Positions 1-12,240 of a stretch of 40,148 nucleotides of DNA are shown here, piece by piece. Under the pieces are notes generated by a model. It searched no databases. It saw only the letters and a list, made by a program, of their open reading frames with translations, and was not told the DNA's origin. How positions within the stretch are numbered: the stretch's first letter is position 1; every line of letters starts with the position of its first letter. The stretch covers positions 1-40,148 of the forward strand of contig JABANN010000315.1 in the NCBI GenBank assembly GCA_013115125.1. Direction: 5' to 3'. The DNA is from Perkinsus olseni. Taxonomy: Eukaryota. Position numbers and translations under genes: made by a program.

Positions 1-217
1 ATTCCCTAACTCTAAAAACTGAATGCGTGAGCCCCGTTGAAAGTTTACATGTCTTTAGATGGCGGGTACTGTACGTTTCGGCTCAATCAGTGACCTTTGA
101 TATCGATGATGCGGGCGTCCGCAAGTGTGATTTCACTGCAAAGTGACTGAAAAACGCGTGTTGTAACGCGCTCGTCTCCCTAACCGCGTCGAGGTGGCTG
201 GGAGAATTATTGTTTCT

Positions 218-2461
218 ATGGTTCTCAACCTCATCGCCCTCACCGGCATTCTCCTGGTACGGCTGCCTACGTTTCTCGCGCCTGCTCAGTGCGGCCTGCA
301 GGTTCACAGTCTATCTCCGAGCGAAGCCACTTTCGCCGCGTCCTACTTCCCCTCCCAAGAAGTAAGGCTCCTGTCGCGCATTCCTCATTGCCGTTCCCAT
401 TAATATTCGCTACACCCCTCAGGCATGCTTGCCGCCTGAGCGGCTCTGCACTTTGCTTTGGCTAACCCTCAGCGTTCCCGCTTCTCTCTTCAGCTATCCG
501 AGCCAGCACCTCCTTCTGATATTCCCGATTTGCCCTCGTTCGAGTCAGCCCAGAATTATGGCGAAGATAATCGTGACGCCTCATCGCCGAGTTTCGATGA
601 TGACCACGAGCCTCGTGAAGAAGACTTGTTACCGGGCGTGGTGAGTTATTAATGAAAACTTACTATTTCTAACTATTAGCTCACTAGTAATAACTTATTG
701 TAGGCTCACTATTGGAGCGGTTCATCCTGTATGGTTTCTCCTTTACGTCGGAGTGGTATTCTTGGATAACAGAACTCGTGCGCTATTCCGATGTTACTCT
801 TCGGCATTGGTCCTGTAGAGAATCCATCTCAGAATGGAGGCGAATGTTCCCTCAATGTTTGAACCAAAATTGAGATCGTGCGATTGCCGCCGGATAGGGC
901 GATTTTCGTATAATGACTACTGCCATGCTGGAGCGTATCGTCACGTAAGGTTATGGTAGTGCTCGTGTCGTTCTCGCGCAATTCGCTTCCTCGACTCTAT
1001 CCCACTCCACAATGTTTCGCCTCAGGTAGCACCAGGCCTTGTTGAGCATGAGATCAGCCGGCGCGAAGCTCGTCCTACGCAAGTGAGTCTCCGCGGGGTT
1101 ACTGACGCTCTCGAGAGAGTGGGGGGAGAAGCTGGAAATTTTGCTTCGTCGCGACGAAGATTGCTCCCTTCCCGGTCCGCGGTCAGGCCGAGACGGTCGC
1201 TGCTCTTTCATTAACTGGGTGATGCTTCTCAGACACGGTATAATCCAACGGATTTCGACCCGCAAGCGGGGAGTGGCGAAGCGGATCTCGAAGATAATGA
1301 CGACGATCGCGAAGCGCTAGTCGGTGGGGCGTTCGCTACCGGAGATGGGGGACTCTCGGCGAGCACCATCGATTCCCCAGAGCCGCGCGATATCGATCCT
1401 CGAGCTCTGGATGATGCAAACTATGAATTGACTGAAGATGACAATGGCCTTTCGGATGAAGGTCCGGGAGACTCAGACCAGATGCGTGCGGTTGCTAGAA
1501 AAAACGACGACGAAGTGACCTTTGATAATGATGATCAAACTTCCGAGACCGAGAACCGCGTCACTGAGGCGGGTGATAATAGCAATACGGTAAGTGAAGC
1601 GAACCCGTTTTAAGTGGAAGGTCGTTTGCCGGATTGCGTAATTCGCGCAAGTGTGAGAGAAGTCGCTGTCTGTTCTTCAGGTACCCGAGACGAATATCCC
1701 TGGTGAATGGGTAGGGTCAGTCCGCTCGTGTAGTGACTAGATTCTTTTCGTCTAGGTCGTTTATGGCACATGCCGAGAAGTATTGGTTCTGAAGCCTCGG
1801 GGTGGCATTGAGACCGCCATCAGGTCGGCATTCGTCGAGTCTGTCAATGTTGAGGGTCACGCATTCAAGGTCGGTAGTCAAAGCATATTTTCGCAGAGTG
1901 TAGGCCTACCAGCGTTACCACTTAGTTACGTAATCCTGGTGAGGATGACACGGTCATGGTTTGCCCAGCCATTATGGGAGAGCCTTCTTACGCTTCAGAG
2001 GTTGACGACTTCTTGATGGAGATTGAGTAGTATGGTGTGTCTCTACTCGTCTGTATCACTTCTAACGCCCTGACAGCTCTACGAAAAGAAAAGCTGAAAT
2101 TTCATTTTTCCGTGACCTAGAAGGGTTGGGAAGAAATTCTTCACGCTACGGCGATTCGAGGGTCTCAAGGTGCCGTAACGTACTTCGGATCGAGAGTAGG
2201 CGTCACCCCTTCCCCAGCCTCCCTCGCCCCCGGTCCTTCTCATTGGACCTGTGTCGCAGTTGCCTCGGGAACAAGGAGGGCGTGCCTGAGGTGTTCAAGC
2301 TTCGCTGTGATTCCAAGAAGGACGCTGACCATATCCGCAAGGCGTGGAATCTGGGGTTTGAGGTGAAGGTTGTTGATGCCGCGACCTCTGTCCATGATTG
2401 TTACCGCAGAGTCCGGTTACGCAGGAGTTCACGACAACTACAACGACACCCGAGCCGGTGA
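218..2461 (+). CDS. Hypothetical multi-exon, probably secreted, acidic (D/E-rich) protein; may be more than one gene, 3' end uncertain
   Basis: ATG at 218 gives hydrophobic MVLNLIALTGILL followed by a GTACGG donor. Exon-like frames LSEPAPPSDIPDLPSFE..., ...EDDNGLSDEGPGDSDQ... and VVYGTCREVLVLKPRGGIETAIRS are bounded by GT..AG. Confidence 0.5.
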
Positions 2462-2859
2462 CAACAGGAACTGTTGCCCCCACGAGTAAGTTTCTGTGGG
2501 CAAAGTGCACCAATTGGCTTTTCGACTCTAGAGCTCTATTTTTGCCTCCTCCTTGACGGATGAACTCTATGTTCCCGTCGATCTCGCGAAAATTCTCGTT
2601 CTCTATTGGGAAAAGTCTCGGAGAATTCGGCGTTAACCGTTTTGTTGAATATGAGCGTTCTCAAGTTTCCCATCGTTTTCCGTCTGGACCGGCGGATTCG
2701 CTTGTGGTAACTCCTGTTTGAGTCTTGGATTCCCTCTCGGCCTATGAAGGGCTCAGATAGCGGCCCATCTCTGTGTCCTCCGAATCGCAGTTGGTGTCAG
2801 GGCCACCTCTGCCCGAATATCTGGGAGTCGGGATCCTTCGTCACAGCGGCTCTAACGTT

Positions 2860-3901
2860 ATGAAGGAAATGCCGACGTTCCCGACAGTTGAAGAGAAAAT
2901 GCGCCTGCATGAGGTTGGCGACAATTCCCCAACCGCGAAGTTAGATTCCGAGGTTTGTTCAGGTTCATCTTCTCTTCGACAGTTTAGAAATTCGAGACAA
3001 CATCATATCTGGCTACACGCTGTCAGGAAATCGAGCTACGATCATGTGTAACAATCGCGAACACGCAGAGTCTCTGATGCTGAAATTTGCTGGACAAGTG
3101 CAGACGGTACGTGGGTTGATGTCCTACAATCACGAAAGCATTTCGAACTTGAGCACTCGTCTCCTGAGGGTTCTGTGGAATAATGACATGTGCGAGTTTA
3201 TAGGAATTGTATCGAGAACGATGCGGAGGCATGTTCTACTTTTCTAACAAGAGAGCGGAGATTTACAAGTCTCACGTCGCGACTGTTATCCGTGAGACCG
3301 CAGGTTGTCACGGCCGATCGATGTAGTTTGGGATCAGAAATGCTCCTTCCACATGTTGCACGTAACGTGGCTCGAGTTTGCGCATCGTCAGGTGGCCGTT
3401 CGCGTCGGTAAATTCAGTCCTGAGTTGGCGGAAGAGGCTGAAGCCGTGACAGAGAAGGGAGTAGGTTGCTACGCGATCGGGATCCCATAACCTCAGTGGT
3501 CCTCTGCGAGGGCAGACGCTTCCATAAGATCACTGGTTCGCTGTTGATCATGCGCTCGTAATGATTATAGCCGGCCAATTGTTGATGTCCATCTCGTCGC
3601 GATCCTCAGGAAACAGCCTCATACGAAGAGCCCCGGCCTGTTGGTCAGAACTATAGGGAATCAACGACAGCGGCCCCAGCTGCGAAAGAAACTCCACAAC
3701 AAAGCGTTGAGACTATGCCCCCGAAAGAAGCAGATATAAAAGTGAAATCTGTCGATGTACTCCTGCCACGATTGGCGTATCGTTTCAGGAACACCGAGCC
3801 AGTGGCGGAAACGGCGGTGAGTAGAGAGAATTCCTCTCTGCATCCGAACCCAGGATCCCAGGGATGAATTTTCCCTTCAGGCTGGCGACCATACGGTCTG
3901 A
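2860..3901 (+). CDS. Hypothetical multi-exon protein
   Basis: Short open frames (MKEMPTFPTVEEKMRLHE; CNNREHAESLMLKFAGQVQT; LSRPIDVVWDQKCSFHML; ESTTAAPAAKETPQQSVE) separated by GT..AG introns. No family recognised. Confidence 0.4.
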
Positions 3902-3974
3902 AATTGAAAGCTTGAGAGTAGAACTTTTCTAAGTAAAAACGGATAAGAACTTCGACTGAGAATTTACGCTGTTC

Positions 3975-5483
3975 ATGACGATGTACCGCGGCTAGCAGTG
4001 ATAGTCCGTGTTGGAAACGGGTGTTGCGTGTCTAATTAGCGAAGCACTCATCCGCGACACCAGTTTTGTGGACCAAAGTTCCGCACTTCCTCATCATGTG
4101 CCTACGCCTTCGAGTAGCCGCAGCTCTCCTCGGCCTAGAATTGGTGGTTGCGACTCTGAGTACTGTCCGCTCGGAAACCCGCAAGGCCCTCACCCTCGAT
4201 CACAGCGTACGGGCCGCGTTTTGTTCGTAGATCACTGTTGGCTTCCTCCCAGACTCACGCAATAAGCACCTCGTATCGCAAGGGCAGGCAGGCGAAGCAG
4301 AAAACGAGAACCGAGTTCAGGAAAACTCAGAGCGACTCGTTGATTTGCCGGGTCAGGGATATTAATAATGACGACTCCTTCGAGCTTCAGAAGTCCAAAG
4401 ACCGCTTGAGCCTTACCTTTCTGAGCCAAGACGGCGTCGTATCGTAAGTTGTTTACTTGCGCTTGCCATCTGGATTAATGCATTGCTTGTTTCAGGTCGG
4501 GCGCATCTGATTTATTCGCCGGCAGACTTCCATCCTCGATTCACCAGGCAGATGTTCGAACTTGCGAAGGCGCGGTTGACTTGCTATTTCAAGGCCTTCT
4601 TGAAAGCGATCGTTTTTTCGCTGAACTCACGGAAACGAGTGAAGGGCCGATTCCGGTCAGTACACTGCTCAGCTATCTCGGAGATCTAGCTGCTAGGAAC
4701 TGGGAGCTTCCTGGTTTGCCAGTAGGCTTATCTACCCTACAGTAATGGGGATTATCGCATCGCTCTCTCAGGGGATCGAAGCCACCAGACTGCCCACTCC
4801 AACTGAACCCGGGAAAGTTCTCTGTCACTCCAGGCTTATGGGTGATAACAACCACGCTTTCGAATTCTACCGGTAATTCCAAGGACCACAGAAACTTCAC
4901 TCTCACTTGGGCTCAGTGCGGGGAGAATAAAGCTCGAGATTTGTAGGATTCACAGCTCTGCAATTACCGTATAAGTTGTCTTTCAGTTCTGACGCGTCTC
5001 ATCAGTTCGCGCTTTCCCCCAAGCAGTTCAACGATTACAGGAAGAATTTCGCCTCGGCCACCACGGACAAAAATGTGCAGAATCACTATTTTCCTTTTAT
5101 GAGGGTTTGTACTGGGCCGCGGAAGGAAAGCTGAGCGAATTCGCGAATGCTCCTCGGAGGAGCAGCGAAAAAATGGGTAAAGTTCTCGTCGACTTCATTT
5201 GCGAGGAGCTTGGTGGGTGGGAAGCAAGTAAGGTGATTTAGAATGTTGAAGTAGTGTTCAAAGTTGTTGATGCACATGTTTATACGTTGTCCCGTGCTTT
5301 AACATATTGATCTCGAGTTTAAGTAAGTGCAGCTCTTGCCATATCTACGAGGTCGAACTGGGGGGTTACAAGTTCATCAATACCGCCGCGGGAATCCAAC
5401 GGGCTTCCCAGTTATCTCGTATTTTGGACCAAAATTTTTGGCCACTCGAGAAAGATTCATCCTGGCAAGTACGGGATGAATGA
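3975..5483 (+). CDS. Hypothetical multi-exon protein (approximate)
   Basis: Exon-like frames such as TQSDSLICRVRDINNDDSFELQKSKDRLSLTFLSQDGVVS|GTAAGT and a terminal EVELGGYKFINTAAGIQRASQLSRILDQNFWPLEKDSSWQVRDE*. Confidence 0.35.
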
Positions 5484-5511
5484 AATGAGAACAGAACTCG
5501 AATAGTTCATC

Positions 5512-6507
5512 ATGACGCATCAAAAGCAGTTATGCTCCCAGATAAAGGGGCTTATGACAGAGCTTTGGCAACAGGTGCTGCAAAGCCTGAACCGATCGAA
5601 TGAGTGGCTTAACGTTTCAGAGTACACTTGTGTCCGAATACCGAGGGCCCTCTATGTTGTCTGGTCGGCCCTATGGCGTACCACTGCAGGCGAAATCACA
5701 TGTCTCGTGCAGAACATGAGCAATACGCCACCTCCACACTCCCTTCAGACTGCTGAGGCATCGGCAAATCGGGATATATTTCCCTGAGCGAGGATGTCTG
5801 AGACTACGCAGCACAAGAGTTCGAGATCTCTTCAAGGCCTGTACTTGATGACGGTGCTCATGATGTGAAGGAAGCGACTGTCCGCTGCGGCGTGTCGCGC
5901 ATAAATGCTGAGATGGCTTCCCTCGGGTCGTCTATACCTCGGTCGCAGGTAAACTGATATCATATCAGTTTACCTGTGACCGAGGTATAGACGAGGTATA
6001 TCAGTGATATGGACCACCCGGACAAGGATCTCAGGGAATCTCGGCATCAAGCAGTGGAAGAAGTAGTAGCTTCCAGTAAGAGTGGGAGATTCACCCTACT
6101 TCGGGCGACCGCGAGCCGAGTCTCCTCCTTTGGTTCAGTAAGCGCAACTTCTGGATGGAAGCTTGCCGAAAACGGAGGTAATCGTCAGTATTACAGATCC
6201 CCCATTTGAGTGAACCTAAGAAGCCTCTCCAGCTGCAATGGGCCGGGCCCGGACGGAAGGGCAAGCTTCAACTATCTCCGACTCCGGGCGATGCTGTCCG
6301 TCATATAAGCTCTGCTGATTGCCACTACTACATGGGCTGCGGACTTGTAGAAACCAAAGCGGTAGAGTACTATTCAGAAATCGGTGATACTGTCATGCAA
6401 TTGCTCGAAAGATCGATTCTGCATTTCCCGGGAGACCTGAGAAGCAAAGGGTGAATGACGATCAGACGCTGTTCACCTTACGACTGTGCAACATAGTAGT
6501 AGCGTAA
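5512..6507 (+). CDS. Hypothetical multi-exon protein (contains the palindromic intron 5949-5990)
   Basis: MTHQKQLCSQIKGLMTELWQQ|...; VRCGVSRINAEMASLGSSIPRSQ joins in frame to TRYISDMDHPDKDLRESRHQ across the 42-nt GT..AG intron. 3' end approximate. Confidence 0.45.
5928..5994. repeat. Near-perfect 33-bp inverted repeat (palindrome with 1-nt centre)
   Basis: TCGTCTATACCTCGGTCGCAGGTAAACTGATAT-C-ATATCAGTTTACCTGTGACCGAGGTATAGACGA: 32/33 Watson-Crick pairs plus one G:T. Confidence 0.97.
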
Positions 6508-6972
6508 CCGAGGCTCCGAAAAATGAAAACGCTGCGCAAATGTGGAGAAGAGATCCCAGATCGGTGGAAGGGACTGCAATGCAGACACAACCCAAACCGG
6601 CGAGAATCTGATGACAGAAAACTATTAGGACGTTAGACATAACTTCAAAGTTACCAGCGTGGTCATAGCAAGATGCAAGTTCGATCTCACGGAGCTTCCG
6701 AGTGCGGTGCAGAAATGTCGCACTCGCTCTCGGTTGACTGCGGGGACATTACAGCTGTGCCTTTAGGGAGCATTGGGGTTTTTAGTTTTCCCCGCGTTTC
6801 CAGGAAAGAGACGTGTATCGTCTTACTCTGTGGAGCTCCGCCTATTTTCTCCACTTGGTAGACCAAAAACCCCCGGCGTGACGCTCTGATAAACCAGGGA
6901 TCTTCGTGCAGTGAGGAGAAAGCGCGAAATACTTGTAAATCTGTGGCGCCTCCTTCGTGGTTGATCATGTCA

Positions 6973-9845
6973 TTAATCATATATTTGTCTTTGACGCGTC
7001 TGGCTTTCTTCCTTCTCCGTTTCCTCTTCATCTCCAAACCTGAGCGATGCGACTGACGGCGGCTCTCCACAACTATCTTCACCAGTCATCTCCCTCTTGT
7101 CCTGGGTGGTTGTTGCAAGGCATTTACTCTCTAATTCTTCTAGCAGTTCATCAATGCGGCACCTACCGTGGGAAATCAAGATGACAAGGTGTTACGCTCA
7201 TTGCGTTTTTTGCTTGAGAATCAAATAGGAATCTTCCAACCATTATTGCCATGTGCCGATGATTCATTCACGCATGGCGAACACTCACCTTAGTTTTTCA
7301 TGTTTCGCAGCCACAGTTGGGTTTCTCTGTAGGCCGCGCGACGTCCTGAAACACGTGATCTTACCCTCCCTCAAATGTCTGAAAGATTGAGTAATCAGCT
7401 CACGACGGAGTCGTTAGCAAGGCAGATCCCAACTCTAAAACTCGGAAGTTGAGACTCAGGTTCGGTCTGACTGCTTAGCGGCCAGACTATGGCCAACTAC
7501 TGCTCTGCCAACGCGGATACTTACCCGGCGTTCTGAGGTACCGACTCTACTTCCTGTGGCCTCGGGTCGAAAAGGGCAGCGTTGTGTTCATACACGTCCA
7601 TCAGACTTTGCAGAGTGAGATTGGGTATCTCCTCGAGTGAGAGAATTGCCTCCAGTCGTTCAGTGATCTCGCGCTCTGTCGGGGTGTACCTGCATCGGTC
7701 GATTGCTTAGAACAAGCGCTGAAGTAACCTCGTGTCGACGCTCCCTCATCACCGACCATCGGATAATCAGGGATCTCAGCATCAATCTGAGTTGACCAGG
7801 GGGAATACTGCTCTGGGAGTCGGCAAAGATTAGGTATGCAAATTTAATCTGTAAGAACTCGCTCATGTACAATCGATCGAAATTTAGAGAATGCCTGCTC
7901 CAGCCGAGGAATTCGCGTCATCACCGACAGACATGCGACGACCTGAAAGGATAACTGTGCGCAAAACGATGAATTATACTTCTACCCATAGCCTGAAGTC
8001 TATCGACCATTCCCCAGCTGATGGCTTCACACCGAAATGTTTTGCAGCGCGTGTAAAAAGCTCCTCAGAACCTGCCAGGGAAGCTGGCCCTCATTGCTGC
8101 ACGAAGATGCCCCCGATGCAGCCTATAAGCGCGCGGACTGAGTCCGTCTTGCTTGTGCTCTCCAATGCTACAATTGCGGGGAAAGAACCTAGAGAGATAT
8201 CTAGCTTAAGCGAATAAGTACATCGGCATTCGCCCTCGGTTATCTTCATCAAGTCTCGATAATTCATCAACCACTCCGAGTCAGGGGTCACTTCCTCGGC
8301 GGGCCCGGATTCTAGCTGTGCCGAGGATCGAAGAGACGCTAGCCTGACGTTGGGGAGCACTGCTCAAATTCGTGCAGGAGCCGTCCGTTCCACACTTTTT
8401 AAAGTAGTCCTTCAGTGCTCTAACAATCTCACCGCTCGTCATGTCGGGGCCAAAAATGGATCGTGTGAACTCGCCCAGAATCTCGACGTTCCCCCATTGG
8501 ACTAAGCAACACGGCGTGCATGTGTGTTAGAGTTTGTAGTTCAATACGATTTCCGCCATAGTTGAACTCCTCAGCGTGCACTCGGTATCGCGGTTGTACC
8601 GTTACAAGAACACTGTGTAACCATAACGTGGCCAATGCGTGAGGCATTTTCTCTTCTACCGGCGATGCGAATTCAAATCGGTAGTGAAACGGGACGCTCC
8701 ATAACGTGAACGAACATCCACTGAATCACTTGGCCCCATTCCGTCACGTTCAAACAGTTCCGAATTCCATAGAAACTCGAGGAACCGAGCTACGAAGTTG
8801 TTCACAGAGTGCTCCCATCAATGCATCGTAAGAGGCACACGATTGACGGAATCAGTTTTAATTTCAATGCGAATGGGAAAACATGAAATTTCTTAATGTG
8901 GGTTCGAAGTATCCTACCAGGCTCTTCCACGGACAATGACGATGACGTCGAAACAGGTCGCGCCTAGAATAGATATGCGCGAGCAGTTCGGTAGAGCACC
9001 GTACAATTTCTGCCGCCCTCTTTCCCGGAGGTGGTGCCAGCGGCGGCTTCGGAGGGTGCATCGGGGTCGCATCTTTCGGGACACTGGGCGCTGGGGGAAG
9101 CTGTGACGCCTGGAAGGAATCCGCGGGCATGCGCACCCTGTCAAATTGACATCAGATAAATTGTAGCCTATCAGATCCAACCAAAGAGCCCGCAGCAGCA
9201 GGCGAACCTTCGTATCGACGAACAGCCTTTCATGCTGCGGTTGAAATCCGACTATCTCCCGAAACGGAGAGCCTTTTTCTCACTTTGAGAGAGTCAGCAC
9301 TTCTAATCTCGAACGCTTTCGATCGTGGACGAAGTCCGGTATCAGATCCCAGCCTGCACGAGGACGAGACCCTGCGAAACCATGAAGCTTATTAAGCCTA
9401 CTTTGGCGGCTCTGATGATCCGGTCAGGAGTTGTGGAGCTCGGGAGCCTGAAGATGCTGCGGCTTATACGGGTACTCTCAGAAAAAAAGCGTCGGTCGAT
9501 GTATTCCGCTGGCGGATAGGCAAATATCCTCGACAAGCGTCGGAGCTCGCCGAGAGAGTCGCGAATTGAGCCGATATCATCGCGACGGCGACAATGAGAG
9601 CGAGGAGGATCCCAGTCAACAGGATGTTTGACGAATGCCTCACCGATGGTATCCTGCAGCGGGGTTGGGTAAGTTGCGGGCGGCGGTGGAGGGCACTGAG
9701 AAATAATACCGAATGCGCAGCGAGCTCAAGAAGGTGGTCAGGTGCAGGAAATCAGAAACTCTGCCAAAGATGGTGGTTCACTCACTTGTGCAGTGAAGGG
9801 TCGAGACACAGGTCTTGTTGGCGGCTTCGTGAGTGGAGGAGGACT
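6973..9845 (-). CDS. Hypothetical large multi-exon protein (start not located; could be two genes)
   Basis: Minus-strand exon frames: PPPLTKPPTRPVSRPFTAQ|, SRIFAYPPAEYIDRRFFSE, HERLFVDTKVRLLLRALWLDLIGYNL, EWLMNYRDLMKITEGECRC, and a terminal ...EEETEKEESQTRQRQIYD*. Confidence 0.4.
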
Positions 9846-10375
9846 TAAAACATCACACCGTTATCACGCTATTATGTAAAGAAGAGCATAATGGAGAAGA
9901 ATAGAATCGAATGCTCCGAAATCAGCATACATTTCCGACAGGTAAATTCCCGCTCTACTGCCAGCGGCTTAGCCACTGCAGCGCCAGGAAGGCACACGTT
10001 GGATACTTCACGCTGAATAGGTCATACTGTAGTTTCAGTCCCATCGCAGTAAAATCTGCGGAACATCGGTTAGTCGACTGCCGTCGTGACGGCAGTACTC
10101 ACCATCCGAATACGCAAGTACCGCAAGTTCCTTCACGGTATGTACCTCTGCGAGCATCTCAACCGGGTTGAGCCAGACGAACATTTTTTCATAGCTTTAC
10201 ATACATGATTTATCAAGGTTCTCAAGAATCAATTACGAGACGGAATATCCGCTAGCCTACTTCTGCTAGCCACAGTTGCCTATTGCGGCGGCCTCTGTTC
10301 TGAAATGCAAGCCTTTTAAATTCATAGTCTGCTGTATGACGGAGAGATGATGACCAGCTCGTGGCTCACGTCAAC

Positions 10376-11164
10376 TCACGATGTAACGTCATCCTCCTCC
10401 CTCTCAGTTTCACGGACTGGCGCTTCCCTGAGCTCTTTAGCTCCCTCCTGGGCTTCTTCTCTCAGCCCATCTCTCCGTCGTGCTCCCGCACCTCTGCTAA
10501 GCTCACTGGGCGGGGCGTGCCGTGGTGGTGCCCTCTCTTGAAGCGCTGTATCACGATGAGAATGATGAGAACTTCTCGGAGCCATTATGTCACTATCGAC
10601 ATGGAAAGTGAAAACATGTTCCGACTCGAAAGTTCCGAGCCCATGTGTCATACGACGATTTGTTTCCCCAGAGGCCGCCGGTTGTCGTGAGTACAAGATG
10701 ACGCATCCGCAAGCTCCTGCTGAGTTGAAACGTGTACCGATAAGTGCCGCTGTGTCTTGCGCGAACGTAAACTTACTGAACGAACAAAACCATTCTGCTT
10801 GCTCTATTAGCATGATATTCGTGTCGGGTATGATGAAGGACGCAAGTGGTACCCTTCTTTCGATTAGTGACTGCTGCGGATGACTCCCTACAAAGCACTG
10901 AAAACCGCTGAAATATCGGCAAGAATTCTCGCGCTTCTTTTCAGCGGTAGCGCTAAGAAACGAATCATTATAGTTGTGGTGCTGAAGACCGCCATACTAC
11001 GATGTTTTCCAAATCAAGTTGTGCGTGAATCCATGGATGTATTCTTCTATCGCGCCAACCAACATCGTGCGGGTCTCGACGCGCCCTGAACATTCCCCGT
11101 CATGGAGGGCGGCATGCAGCCACTGGCAACTCAGAAACGTTGAAAATACAGTAAGATTAAACAT
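10376..11164 (-). CDS. Hypothetical, possibly secreted protein with charged C-terminal tail
   Basis: MFNLTVFSTFLSCQWLHAAL... then exons PQQSLIERRVPLASFIIPDTNIMLIEQAE and a long last exon (ORF 10376..10813). Confidence 0.45.
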
Positions 11165-11279
11165 GGTGGATTTGGAAGTAATGATTTGAATTTGTACTTC
11201 TGGCAATCTTGTTAACAACTCTGCCGCGGCCATAGAGGATCCCCGGTTTGGACGCTGTTGTCTCTATAAGCTTCCATGC

Positions 11280-12151
11280 TCAGGACCGGCTCGACCTGGA
11301 AGACGCGTAGACATGCGCCGATAACAAGTACGACAAGAAGTTTACGAATTCCTGGTTCACGTTTCGATCATCGTCCACAATCCTTATATAGCCAGTAGGA
11401 GAAGAACCAAAAACCTGAAATACGAGGCCTTGAGTTGGGCCGGGAGCTTCATCGGATGAACCTGCTGGACACGATGAAATACAAAATCCAAATGAGTAAA
11501 ACAGAGCGACTAGAAATTTCCGACTCGACGAAGGACTCTTTTCATACAGCTTGGTTCCCCGCTCTGTCAACATATATGATTCTCGATGGCGGCGGCAGCT
11601 TGCCTTCGATCTGCAGAGACTACAAAGTGACCGTCGTCCTCTTGGGGCTCACTCGGCTCACTTGTCTTTGCATTTCGACGGTTCTTCCCGAGAAAGGCTT
11701 CATCCCATTGAGTTGTGACATGAGGTATCTTAGAAAAACTGGACGAATCACGGATAAAACTCCGTCTACGATCTCGCTAGCTCGCGAACCAGACAGTGGG
11801 AAGCGACGCAAGCAAGCAAGCTCCACAGACAGAGGGGCGGTACCATCCCAGGGGATGGAGAGCTTCGATGGCTGATCCCCGGCTGACGGGCGGGTCGGGC
11901 TGGGCTCGAAAACCACCACGCCGAGCAGCCGCGATGCTCGACATGGCGAGATCCACAGGGGACTAGCGACATGAACAGGCGCTACCCGCGTCACTGCGTG
12001 ACACGCGGGCTTACGCACGCAAGCCCAACGCGAGGCGAGATCGCGCAGGTTTTACACCGATGGAACAAAGTTTCTCGGAATATAGAAAACAGTTGCGGCT
12101 CTCGCCAGGTAAAACGATGCACGCCAGAGTTGCGAGCAATTCGCGAACCAT
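11280..12151 (-). CDS. Hypothetical, possibly secreted protein
   Basis: MVRELLATLACIVLPGESR (signal-peptide-like), then exons DQPSKLSIPWDGTAPLSVELACLRRFPL... and ...GLVFQVFGSSPTGYIRIVDDDRNVNQEFVNFLSYLLSAHVYASSRSSRS*. Confidence 0.45.
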
Positions 12152-12240
12152 GTGTAGAGGCTGATCACTGAATACGATGCGCACGACGTACTGTATAGGT
12201 ATAACCTGCTCGAAACACGACCCCACCACGAGTGCAGAAA

